Positions 40,170-52,123 of a DNA stretch of 64,000 nt are shown one piece after another (the stretch's first letter is position 1; the number at the start of each line of letters is the position of its first letter). Source of the DNA: Eledone cirrhosa (lineage: Eukaryota); contig OZ024753.1 of the NCBI GenBank assembly GCA_964016885.1, positions 22,134,001 to 22,198,000 on the forward strand, read 5' to 3'. The position numbers and the translations under genes were made by a program. Below the pieces are notes generated by a model. The model saw only the letters and a list, made by a program, of their open reading frames with translations, was not told where the DNA came from and searched no databases.

Positions 40170-40357
40170 GTCAGAAGCCATGTTTTGCAGCATAGAGTTT
40201 CACCACTTTACGGCCTGAGTTCAAATCCCGCCGAGGTTAACTTTGCCTTTTATCATTACGGGGTCAATAAAATAAAGTACCAGTAATGTACTGGGGTCGA
40301 TTTAATCGACTTTCCCCTTCCCTAGAATTGTTGACCTAGTGCCTATAGTAGAAGCCG
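40170..40357 (+). mobile_element. tRNA-derived SINE, 5'-truncated
   Basis: CTGAGTTCAAATCCCGCCGAGG (B box GTTCAAATC) ... GGGGTCAATAAAATAAAGTACCAGT ... CTGGGGTCGATTTAATCGAC. Confidence 0.9.
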
Positions 40358-40367
40358 TAATATCACC

Positions 40368-40560
40368 GGCGTTCATTGGCAGTATCGGTAGAGAGTTGAA
40401 CGCCATGGTTTCTAGCATAGTTACGTCCCTTTACGGTCTGAGTTCAAATCCCGTCGAGGTTAACTTTACCTTTCATCCTTATGAGGTCGATAAAATAAAG
40501 TACCAGCAATACACTGGGGTAATTGCTGGCCTTGTGCCAAAAGTAGAAACAATTATTAAT
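40368..40560 (+). mobile_element. tRNA-derived SINE, full length
   Basis: GGCGTTCATTGGCAGTATCGGTAGAG (A box), GAGTTCAAATCCC (B box), conserved core, AGTAGAAACAATTATTAAT tail. Confidence 0.92.
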
Positions 40561-41448
40561 ATCACCGTTGTTGTTGTTTGTAGTTGTAGTAATGGAGGTG
40601 GAGGTAATAGCTGTTGTTTAATATTACTACAGAAGAAATACACCTACACGTATAAACATCTAAAACACAATAGTGTCAACATGTAGATATAATTGTTTAT
40701 TAATATATATGTTTATTCAAAAACGAAGGAGATGCGATTTTCCTTTGTGTAATAGCTATGGCGAAAGAGGTTATGGTGGACAAGGTTGAAAGGGCTGAGG
40801 TCAGACACCTTTCTCTCCGGCCAACAACTGATTCTCTTTTTCAAATACCACTTTCGAAGAAAAATCAGGATGGAGAGAAAGGTGCTGTACCCCAGCAAGT
40901 TTTATGAAAGGTGGGTGAAAGTGGCGTGAATGGGCCTTCTCTCTATATCAGCCTGTAGGTTGAGGAAAAAGAAGAAGAGAGGAAAGGGGTACTCACTCTT
41001 CGTACTCATGGAGATGAGGGTTGCACATTTTTTCGGGGGTATGTGTTACCCATATGAAATGTCTTCCCCTATTGGGGAAAATCGATTAACTTTTAAATTG
41101 TATTTGTGATAATATTTTACACGTTTTTATTGTATGTAAACTTTCCCCTTTGTATTTGTCCTCTTCTTTTGTGTCCCTGTGGCTAATAAAGAAACATATA
41201 TATAGATAGATATACATTCATATATAATAGGAAATATGTATCGTAGGAGAGGAGGAAATAGAGATACAGAGAAGGCGATACAGATTACTAAATGCCAATA
41301 GTCGAAGTGAAATGTGCTCAATGCTTGGGTTAGCAGAGTTAAATATTAGAGAAGATTAAATATTTAGTAGATTGTTCAAGCAGAGCAGGAATAATCAAAT
41401 GAATGAAGGAAGGGGTTACTAGCCGTTATAACAAGTTCTTTATTATAA

Positions 41449-41500
41449 ATCTTACATAATGTTTCACCCCATTAAAGAGTCATGCAGGCTCTTCAGAGAT
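41449..41500 (-). ncRNA. Type I HHR
   Basis: Minus strand: AUCU CUGAAGA GCCUGCAU..AUGGGGU GAAA CAUUAUG UA AGAU; intact core, GUA site. Confidence 0.8.
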
Positions 41501-41661
41501 GTTTGTTAATACAGTGTCATTAAAAAATATACAGTCAGATATGGAATGTAGAGAAGTGACACTCGAGTTGATATATATAAACAAATAGTAAAAAGGAAAA
41601 AAAAAAACAGTAGAGATTGCTGGAGTATAACATCAAAACAAGTAAGGATTGCCGCATTAAA

Positions 41662-41700
41662 TCGTGTACCGGTTTCAGCTTTATATGCTTTATCAACGAC
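41662..41700 (-). ncRNA. Minimal type I HHR, U3:A8 core variant
   Basis: Minus strand: GUCG UUGAUAA AGC-AUAUAAA-GCU GAAA CCGG UA CACGA; palindromic ACCGGU stem III; stem I imperfect. Confidence 0.65.
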
Positions 41701-41734
41701 GGGAGTGTATAGTGTAGTTAAATTGCATATTTCT

Positions 41735-43381
41735 CTTCACTTTACCCTAAAGAATCACAAATCCAATTTTCCGATCAACCCCTCTATTCGGCTTATTAAC
41801 CCTACGAAGTCCGATTTAGGTAGACTTAGTAAAAGGATTCTTGATAAAATTATACCTGAAATTAGAAGTTTGGCCACTCTTGCACTGTGGAACAATTCTT
41901 TCGCGGTGATTGATTAGTTCAATGACATATGCAACAAGGAACATTGCCGTTTTATCCAATTCGACATCAATAATTACTACTCCTCCATCACTTTACCACT
42001 TCTCCTTAGAGCTATCAATTTCGCTAAAACACTCACAGTGGTTAAGGATTTCGAAGTTGATGTCATCCTCAATGCCCGTAAGTCGGTGATTAATTTCGAC
42101 GACTCTATTTGGATTAAAAAATCTAATAGCACCCCATTCGACGTGAGTATGGACGCCATCGATTCTGCAGAGGTTACTGATCTTATCGGCCTTTTCCTTC
42201 TTTTCTCTATCAATGAAGAATTCCCCAACGTGGGCGGTGATTTGTACCGTGATGATGGTCTTTTGACCATGACTAAGTGCGGCCCACCTGCTTGCGACAG
42301 GTTCAGAAAAGAACTCACAGCCTTCTTTAAAGGCTTCAAACTCTCCATCCAGATTGAGGCCAACCTCTTGGTCGTTAATTACCTCGACGTTACCCTCAAT
42401 TTATTGAATGGCTTGCATTAACCGTATAGAAAGCCCAACGATACGCTTAATTACATAAGTAAGCATTCTAACCATCCTGCCAGCATAACCAAGAACCTGG
42501 TAAGAAACGTTTCTTTGATGCTTTCCCGTCTATCTACCAACGAGAATATTTTCAACGACCATTCCACATATTACAATGAAGCTCTTACTCGGCGTGGATT
42601 TGTCGATAAGGTAGCATATACAAAGTATGAGTATAGAAATAGAAGAAATAGATCCCGACGCATTATATGGTATAACCCACCATATATGGAGGTGGCCACA
42701 CCATTAGCTAAGATGTTTATTTCCCTTATTATGAAGCATTTCCCCCTACACATAAAAATAGTAACATTTTTAATAGAAATACTATTAAAATTTCTTACTC
42801 TACGACTCCTAACCTTGCACATAACATCACAACTTCAAATTTAGCTAAACTACCTAGCCGTAGGAACACGTGCAACCCTTTAGTTAGTACTAACTGTAAT
42901 TGTAGGAATCGGGTTGACTGCCTCCTATCCGGGAAATGCCTCTCTAGTAATATTGTCTACAAATGAAAGGTTGAATAACCCACGCCCCGTAGGGCATACA
43001 CAGGGTTAATCGCCAATGGATTCAAGCAGCGGCGTCTTTACATGCATACCCTTTCTTTTCGTAACCCTTTAAGAAGGAATATGACGTGACTTTCAGCTTA
43101 TATCTGGAGTCTAAAAGACAACCACACCCAATATAAGTTACACTGGGAGATCCTAGCTAAGGCTAGATCGTATAACGGAAATAAAAGACCATGTGACTTC
43201 TGCGCCGCTGAGGCCTTGGAAATACTCTACGCCAAAGACCACATCTTAAACAAAAATCTGAGGCAATTTCGGCTTGTAAACATAAATTGCACAAATCTTT
43301 CCTGTATTACAGCCCCACATTACACCCTAACGGATAGTACGAACTATACGGGGATATTTTACGTCTTGATGTGGTAGCTAA

Positions 43382-43384
<3 letters not shown>
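41735..43384 (+). mobile_element. 5'-truncated, decayed Penelope-like element (RT + GIY-YIG)
   Basis: Fragmented frame with FTLKNHKSNF...RLINPTKSDLG, QFDINNYYSSI, LYRDDGL, NYLDVTLNL, IIWYNPPY, CNCRNR..C.LSGKCL..NIVY and a C-terminal CDFC..E..LN; several stops and frameshifts; ends in (TA)n. Confidence 0.92.
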
Positions 43385-43414
<30 letters not shown>

Positions 43415-43537
43415 GAAAAATTGAACAGGGACAGAACAGAGAGGCAGTACGATAAATGTTTATTAAATTCACGCTCAGGAGAGTGGGGGGTAGAATCAAA
43501 AAGAACAGAAAGATGCAGTAAAAGAGATTTATTCGGT

Positions 43538-43652
43538 TCTAACGTACGTTTCAATAGACATCAATTTGCCTAGATCTCGCTGCATCTATAATATTATATA
43601 GTTAGTAGAGCATTCGACATCCAATGCACAATCGATTCCATATCATCAGAGA
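43538..43652 (-). ncRNA. Type I HHR with a 90-nt stem II region
   Basis: Minus strand: UCU CUGAUGA [U AUGGA AUCGAUU ... AAUUGAU G UCUAU U] GAAA CGUACG UU AGA; palindromic ACGUACGU; GUU site. Confidence 0.75.
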
Positions 43653-43875
43653 TTATGTTTACTGTACCAGAATGTTCAGGTTTTTATAGGAATTCATGTG
43701 AAGTTGAAGTAGAGAAGAAGGAGGATGTGACAAAGACGAGAGAGATAGGGGGTTTTTCATGGTTGTTGAGGTAAAACAGAGGGGAGGATAAAATACGATA
43801 ATGAAGTCTAGATATGGACTAGTCCAACTGTGTGTGTGTTAGGGAGATGGTAGACGTTGATAGGTTTATGATCTA

Positions 43876-43931
<56 letters not shown>

Positions 43932-43953
43932 ATAAGCAGCGTCTTTACATATA

Positions 43954-44047
<94 letters not shown>

Positions 44048-44125
44048 TATATATATATATACGTGCCTATATATATATATATATATACATATATATGTAT
44101 ATATATATATTTATATATATATACG

Positions 44126-44163
<38 letters not shown>

Positions 44164-44654
44164 CATATATATGTATATATATATATTTATATATACATAT
44201 ATATGTATATATATATACTTATATATACATATATATATGTATATATATATACATATATATGTATATATATATATACATATATATGTATATATATATATAT
44301 ACATATATATGTATATCTATATATATATACCTAGATATACTAGATAACACTAGACCACCACCTTTTTAATTTAATTTATTCAATTAGATCTTCGTAAATA
44401 TAGGACTACACCTTAATTAAAAGACCACACTAACCTATATACTGTCCGACATTTCTCCTTAGTCAATAAACCCCTTGTTTGATCTCTTACTTTATACAAT
44501 TAAAATAATTAAATAATATAGACACTCTAATATACTATCAATATACAACACCAACTAAATAGCAGACGACTGTGTATATAACACCAATTACTCCAGTATA
44601 TATTATGCAACTCACTATCCTGTCATAAAAAACTTCCACTCTCTCTGCACAATC

Positions 44655-44705
<51 letters not shown>

Positions 44706-45588
44706 TCACACACATATATATATATATATATTTATCTTATATACTAACTATGTAAAACTATCTAGTTATAATAAAATAATTAAAAAATGTTTTTAACTCC
44801 CTCCACAGAAGTTGAAAAGATAACAATTATATAATTAATAATAATATTTTATATACTCTGTAAAGATCAATTTATAACACTACTACAATTATAAAACAAC
44901 CCTTATCAACAACCTTGATTACCTCCCTTTGTTATTAACCCCCTTTACAACTTCCTGTGTAAACTCATAATTTAAGCAACCTAACGGTTTACCAACAACT
45001 TAATAACGGTTAATACAAACCCTAGAAAAGATAATTTGTAGATAAACAATGCATAAGATAATATACCTACAATAACAACATGCCCAGTAATTCGGTGGAA
45101 TCTACATTTAACAAACACCTACTGATTATAAACGACTCAAAATAATCCCATGGTTAATAGCTGTGAGTTACAAACAACATATACACATACATACGAACTA
45201 CAACACATAAACACTTAAATGAAAATCACATATCCAACTCTATCACGTGCTTTGCATTATACCTCACATAACAAATACCTACATTATCACCACATGCCTC
45301 TCTAACAAATTGCACGCCATCTTAAACATTTCTAACACTTACAATATGCTTTAACACACCACACAAAATATGTTTATAACATATAACTCTTTCCTAATAT
45401 ACTACTGTACGTCTGTATACATATATGTATTTACATATACATACATACATACTTACATTTAAGTAACTGCCGTACTAAGAGCGAGAAATAAAATTTCGTT
45501 CTATTTCATTCTATTCCATATATATACATATATACGTATATATATATATTTAGTTGAAAATTGCAAACTTGACTGTCACCACATATTA

Positions 45589-45627
45589 TGAACCTGAAGA
45601 TTGCGAAAGCATGAAAGTACTTGTTCA
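45589..45627 (+). ncRNA. Minimal type I HHR in the 5' pseudo-LTR
   Basis: UGAAC CUGAAGA U UGC-GAAA-GCA U GAAA GUAC UU GUUCA; 5-bp stem I, palindromic AGUACU stem III. Confidence 0.85.
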
Positions 45628-45829
45628 ATTAACACTTAGAATTTAATATTCTATCATACTATTTCATTATAATACCATTATAAACTTTAAAGGATTGTAA
45701 ATAAAACGAGTAAATCAGACAAAGTTGGAATTCCTCTTATTAATATAATCTTCTAAACACAATCATACACACCCGTGTATATTTACCTATCTATCTATAT
45801 ATATATATTCCTATTGTGTATATGCCAAC

Positions 45830-47183
45830 ATGTCTGGAAAACAACAAATGAAATCAACAGAATCAGAAAGAATTCTAAAGGAGATATCATCGAAATTATC
45901 AACACTTATCACGATGATGGACACACAATCCTCTATTTTAAAGGAAATTGAAAAACAATCTACAGACGGAAAACTTATAACTGAACATATAAACTCTGAA
46001 ATTAAGAATTTAGCTGAAATTATACCAACAGTTATCAAAGATACAAGAGAAAGCCTACCACAACCCCCTTGGATGTCAGAAATAAACGAAAGAAATTTGG
46101 AAAACAAAACACATCGAATAAGAAAAGAAATGTGGAAGACATGGAAAAAATTCCTTAACATAAGAAAACAAAATTTCTGGAAAGCATACAAATGCGAAAA
46201 ATATGTCGAAACACATTCGAAAGAAATGGCTCTCTCTAACGGCACCCATACTCCCTCGTAAATACCTAATTACAGAAATTGCAGGAGAACCAGAAGAAGA
46301 AACAAAACTCCGATGGGAACTTACATTGACAAAATTCAGGACCGACATCTCCATTTCTGAATGTAAACAATCCCGCTACAAAGCCAAATATGAAGCTATT
46401 GATGACCAAATTGAAGTTGAAATTTCAAAGCTAACGACTGGTATTATAGCTGAAAAACTACGAGAACTATGGATCAGAGATATCTCAAAAGAAGAAAACA
46501 AATCAAGAAAGGTATGGCAGCAGAAACAATTATTTCTCGACGAATATGCTGCAAATTACGATAGAGACTCTGGAACCCTGAGAAAAAGCATTAAAAGTGG
46601 ACAACCTCATCAACACAACATACGCCAGAACACGTGCCAACACAAACACTCACCTTACCTTGAATCAAAGAAGAACTACGGTAATAACTCTTCGCTTTTT
46701 CTACAAAAACACCCTATCGCACACAACATGAACAAAAAGCACAAACACGATAGATATTCCTTTGACCAGACCATGAGAAGTAGTAAAACCAGGAGATCAT
46801 TCTCAAGATCGCAACAGAGACTACCAACAAGGAATGTGGAAACAAAACGTAGAATAACCAGATCACTCTCAAGATCTCAACAGAGATTGCCCACAAGAAA
46901 CTGGACGAAAAAACGATCTAAACCTGAAAGCAAACCTAGGTCATTTCCCCAGATTGTTAAAAATAATGCTAACAGGAAGAAAAATAATATACAGAATACC
47001 AAAAATAGGACAAAATACATAACGAAACCAAATATAATATCACGACCAAAAGTTCATCAAGCGAACACCAACAGGAATATAAATCCTGAACAGAGAAAAA
47101 TCCATTTTTTAACGCCAGGACAACAAAAACCGGGAAAAGAAAAACTCCAGGAGGAAACATACCCAAAACAACTGTACACGTAG
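45830..47183 (+). pseudogene. PLE ORF1: coiled-coil-like N-terminus plus a basic R/K/S-rich region; one frameshift at ~46,203-46,261
   Basis: ORFs 45,830-46,261 and 46,203-47,183 overlap in adjacent frames; duplicated RSxSRSQQRLPTRN motif; TAG stop at 47,181-47,183. Confidence 0.7.
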
Positions 47184-49417
47184 ATCCTAAAATAATTAAT
47201 TTATCTAAAAGAGATCTTGACAATGATGAAATGCAAATTCTGTCAAAAGGACTGAAATTCACACCAACTCCAACAGTCAACCACCAAGAACTGAAGGAGG
47301 ATACCCAAGAATTCTGTCGAAAATTACGTCTTGTAGAATTCTTCGCTGATAAAAGTAATGAGAGTGATGAATCACTAGTAAAGAATAAATCAAATTTCAC
47401 TCCGCCAAAAGGAAGAAATATCTATCTCGACCAATACATTGACATCCTGTCTAAGTTTCCTCTTAGACGTAATACTAATGTTAGGCCAAACATTAACAAA
47501 TCATAAATGTCTGCACTTAAACGTATACAAAATGATAAAACAATAATAATTAAACAAGCAGATAAAGGGGGTGCAGTTGTTATAATGGATACTGAATACT
47601 ACAAGGATTTGGTTGAGGAACAACTGAAAGACACAACATTCTATCATGAAATACCGTCAAATATAGACCACAACATCATGAAGAAGATCAACAACCTGGC
47701 TTCAAAATATAACAACTCACTTACTGATAAGGAAAGAGACTACATCACCAATTTTGAGCCGAAACCCAGCAACCTGTATGGCCTACCGAAAGTTCATAAG
47801 TCAAAAGAAATACAACTGGCAGTAAGAGAACAAAACAGTGAGAACATTAAATTATTACACCCAAAAGACTTAAAACTTAGACCTATTATAGCTGGTCCAA
47901 CATGCCCCACCCACCGTCTAAGCAATTTTGTTGACATTATTTTGAAACCACTATGTATTCACATACCCAGTTTCATCCGGGATGATATCGACTTCCTGTC
48001 CCATCTTCCCAAAACCACGGAAACGAATTCACTTCTACTCAGTTTTGATGTGGTAAGCCTTTACACCAACATTACACATGATTTAGGAATAAAGGCGGTT
48101 AAATACTGGGTGGAAAAACATAGAGAAGTGATTCCCATCAGATTCACAGCGCCATTTATATTAGACGCAGTTAAACTTATTCTGGAAAACAACACTTTCT
48201 TCTTCAATGGAAAGAATTACATCCAAATTAGAGGCACAGCGATGGGAACGAAGTTTTCTCCCGTTTACGCGAACTCTGTAATGGGATACTTAGAACAACA
48301 ACTCTACCAAGAAATAGAGGAAAAATATAGTACTGACTTTAGAAAGTACATTGAAAAATCTTGGAAGAGATACCTTGACGACTGTTTCATCATCTGGACA
48401 GAATCTCTAGATACTCTGGATGAGTTCAATATCCTCCTGAATAACCTACACCCATCTCTCCAATTCACAAAAGAGATGAGTAGGACCAAATTACCATTCC
48501 TAGATATAATGATAATCAAAAACGACACCACCATTACCACGGATATATATTATAAACACACAGACACCCATCAATATCTGAATTTTAAGTCGTGCCATCC
48601 ACCTCATACAAAACGCAACATCCCATACTGCCTAGCCAGAAGAATTTGTACCATTGTAGAAGATACGAATACTAGGTACAAACGCCTAACAGAACTAAGA
48701 GAATTTTTGCTCAAACAAAAATACCCATCTCTACTTATAGAAAATGGCATACAGCGGGCTATAAAAATACCTATACAACAACTTAGGACAACCCAAGGAA
48801 GAAGAAACCAAGAACTGGTCATACCATTTATAATGACACACAACCCATGCCACCAGAGTATCTTCAACACTGCCAAAGCAAACCTACCGATCATTGCTCA
48901 AAGTAATGAATTAAAAGGCTTAATCACAGATCGATCTTTGACTCTTAGTAAAAGACAGCCAAAAAATTTGAAGCAATTACTAACAAAAGCAAAGTTTGAC
49001 CTTAACAACAAAGACCAATCATTCACTGTATCTAAATGCAATGATAGTCGATGCGGCACATGTCAATCCATACACGCCGGTCAATATATGAAAACAAAAA
49101 CTGGAAAAATATTCCCAAATGCAAATATGAACTGCAAAAGCAGAAATCTAATTTACTGCATTAAATGCCCGAATTGTGAAGAACTATATGTCGGTCAAAC
49201 TGGAAATGCACTATCGGAACGTGCACGGGTACACCGTCAACAAATCAGAGACCCAAATGTCCGTCAGATACCCCTAAGTAACCATCTAGCAACATGTGGT
49301 CAGGGAATATTTATAATATTCCCATTCTACAAATTACACAGCCCAAGTGAATTCAAGAGAAAAATCAAAGAAAAGAATTTTATTGATAAATTCAAACCCA
49401 AGCTAAATGAACAATAA
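47111..49417 (+). CDS. PLE reverse transcriptase + GIY-YIG endonuclease (pol); one in-frame TAA at 47,504-47,506
   Basis: IINLSK..L...E.QILSKGLKFTPTP, IKQADKGGAVV, YGLPKVHK, LRPII, SFDVVSLYTNI, GTAMG, RYLDD, LPFLDI, CNDSRCGTC...NCKSRNLIYCIKC..C...YVGQT...R..H. Confidence 0.93.
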
Positions 49418-49464
49418 TAACGCTTAGAGGTATTACTTCTACTACCACTATGACTACGACCACT

Positions 49465-49531
<67 letters not shown>

Positions 49532-49552
49532 CCAATAATAATAATAATAATA
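49465..49552. repeat. (AAC)n/(AAT)n microsatellite in the PLE 3' UTR
   Basis: Direct reading. Confidence 0.95.
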
Positions 49553-49683
49553 AAGTGATGTTGATGGTGATGATTAATAGAAAATGCTATTTTCATCATT
49601 TCTAAAAATAGCAAAACAATTGATGCTTTGGATATGATTAATTATTGGTCGTTAGACATGCTCAACCAGCCGTGACGCTTAAA

Positions 49684-49820
49684 CCAATCAGCTTTAGTAA
49701 TTCAGTGAAATTACACACTGATTGGTCGAAATACAGTTTGCAGGGCTTAGCATTCTGGAGCCACTTTTCCCTGCATAAAATGTATAAAAGGTAGGAAATT
49801 TACCCATCTTATTACAGTTG
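49684..49820 (+). promoter_or_regulatory. Putative Pol II promoter: two inverted CCAAT boxes, TATA box, Inr-like site
   Basis: CCAATCAG at 49,684, CTGATTGG ending 49,725, TATAAAAG at 49,783-49,790, TACAGTT at 49,813-49,819; the A at 49,816 is the first base of the pseudo-LTR repeat. Confidence 0.65.
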
Positions 49821-49852
49821 AAAATTGCAAACTTGACTGTCACCACATATTA

Positions 49853-49891
49853 TGAACCTGAAGATTGCGAAAGCATGAAAGTACTTGTTCA
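49853..49891 (+). ncRNA. Minimal type I HHR in the 3' pseudo-LTR
   Basis: Identical to 45,589-45,627. Confidence 0.85.
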
Positions 49892-50019
49892 ATTAACACT
49901 TAGAATTTAATATTCTATCATACTATTTCATTATAATACCATTATAAATGTTAAAGGATTGTAAATAAAACGAGTAAATCAGACAAAGTTGGAATTCCTC
50001 TTATTAATATATATATTTA

Positions 50020-50174
<155 letters not shown>

Positions 50175-50377
50175 ATATATTTATCCTTATCGAGCCCTCT
50201 TTGGATTTTAGTCTTCAAATTTATTATTATTACTATATATATGTATGTATGTATATATATATATAAATATATATATGTATATATATATATACATATATAT
50301 ATGTATATATATATATATAAACATATATATATGTATATATATATATATATATGTATGTATATATATATATATATGTA

Positions 50378-50990
50378 TGTCAGGTCACCAGTTGGTGCTA
50401 CTGGTAACATGTATCCCAGTACAACCTGTCCCATGGTCGGGTCGTTGGCGACTAAACTGGCAACCCCACCAATGTTTCTTGGTGAGGAGATTGACTTTGG
50501 ACATCCTGCAGGACTAAAAACAAAACATGTCAAAGGGCAAAGGAGCTCTTAAGAGTCAATGGCCATCCAAAATCACTGGGAGAGATGACCCCTTAGCCTT
50601 TGTCAAGGCAGAATTCTAGGAGAAGCAAAACACTGATATAACACCTGCAACCCTGATGGTATCCAATGATGTTGACTTGTTCTTCTTTTTGGTAAATATC
50701 ATCTTGGTTAAGAGAGTGGGATTGGCTTTGTGCAGTGCCTTTGCTCACTATAAAAGCTTCACGGCACAGGCATTGCTTTATATCTGGAGATCTCTCTGCA
50801 CTTGTCGTCGCATGGTACCATGGGCCCAGCACTATGTGTCAATAGTTCTCACAGGTGTAGTGTTTGTACCAGAGTTTTCAAGTCGCTGGCTGGACTAAAA
50901 AGTCACACTCGTTCAGCGCATCGGTAAGGATTCTCCTACATGGATATAAAGTAGTGGCCGTACTCGTAAACGAGTTGGCAGCCACCATGT
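50378..50990. mobile_element. Probable LINE (RTE-like 5' UTR) fragment(s) between TA tracts
   Basis: GC-richer island with GGCGACTAAACTGGCAACCCCACC and GGAGCTCTTAAGAGTCAATGGCCATCC, reminiscent of RTE 5' UTRs; no diagnostic protein motif seen. Confidence 0.3.
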
Positions 50991-51057
50991 ATATATATAT
51001 ATATGCAAGTATGTATGTACACGTACATACATATATGTATACAGACGTACAGTAGCA

Positions 51058-51093
<36 letters not shown>

Positions 51094-51155
51094 TGTATAT
51101 ATATATGTATGTGTATATATACATATATATATGTATGTGTATATATATATATATG

Positions 51156-51197
<42 letters not shown>

Positions 51198-51204
51198 GAG
51201 GGAA

Positions 51205-51320
51205 AATAATTGTTTCTACTTTTGGCACAAGGCCAGCAATTACCCTTTGTATTACTGGTACTTTATTGACCTCGTAAGGATGAAAGGCAAAGTTAACCTC
51301 GGCGGGATTTGAACTCAGAA
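51205..51320 (-). mobile_element. SINE 3' part
   Basis: Reverse complement: CTGAGTTCAAATCCCGCCGAGGTTAACTTTGCCTTTCATCCTTACGAGGTCAATAAAGTACCAGT...GGCCTTGTGCCAAAAGTAGAAACAATTATT. Confidence 0.9.
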
Positions 51321-52010
51321 TTTGAACTCAATATTTTGAACTCAAAATAGAGGGAAAATAATGATAACAAAAATAAATGAATAATAAATTAATGATAACA
51401 ACAATAAATGAATTTATGCTGAAATTTGAATTTGTAAATTTAACGATTATTGCTGTTATCTCCGATGATCTGATTAAGCTAACAACGTATTTAAAATTGA
51501 GTGTCACTGCTTCTAGGGTTCAGCAATTGTTAGACACCTTAATCAGTGAAACAATTGTCAGACTGTAAATAAATCCCTTTTTTCGTACTGTTGGCCATGT
51601 TATTCTTCACTTTTTCAATTTTATTACTCCAAGATAAACTTGTATATGAATACAAGTGAAATCATAAACTCGCCACCTACGTAAAGCTCTTGTTGAGTCA
51701 AACAATGCCGTACGCTAAAACTAGCCATAATAAGAAGTATTCTCAAACTCTAACTGGATTACCTGTAATGATATTTTGTTATCCCTTGTATATATATATA
51801 TTAGGTTATGCAAGAAATGCTTTGGATTATCCTGAATACAGTAATGGTTAATTACTACACTAGATAGAGTTGACATACGGTGAGGGGTTACTCAACGAGT
51901 TATGGAAGAATAGTTGAAGAAACTCAGTTTCTGATCCTTCTGTCTTCCGGAGTGAAGATAAAGAATGAAAAATAACAGGTAGACACCATAAAAAGGTAAT
52001 TTATTCCAAG

Positions 52011-52123
52011 TGCTTACAAATGTTTCAACATTGGTTATACAGCCTAGTCATGCTGTGTGCAAATTGATAATTATTTGCAGAAACTCAATTTTCAAATGCA
52101 GCTTCTACCGTTTCCTCAGTGCA
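52011..52123 (-). ncRNA. Type I HHR with an 86-nt stem II region
   Basis: Minus strand: UGCA CUGAGGA [AACG...UGUU] GAAA CAUUUG UA AGCA; one mismatch at the base of stem I. Confidence 0.6.

Larger units (their letters stand above)
45552..50011 (+). mobile_element. Near full-length Penelope-like retroelement (Neptune-like Cys-rich linker) with direct 196-bp pseudo-LTRs
   Basis: Direct repeats 45,552-45,747 and 49,816-50,011 (2-nt difference seen), each with an HHR; flanked by TA-rich tracts; RT and GIY-YIG ORF inside. Confidence 0.95.

Noticed and set aside
40713-40898. Possible PLE endonuclease C-terminus on the minus strand
   Set aside because: Only a vague AIAI...PSFLNK resemblance in an alternative frame; not enough to call.
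46203-46261. ORF1 internal frameshift as programmed recoding
   Set aside because: It needs a +1 shift and there is no slippery heptamer; a copy-specific indel is more likely.
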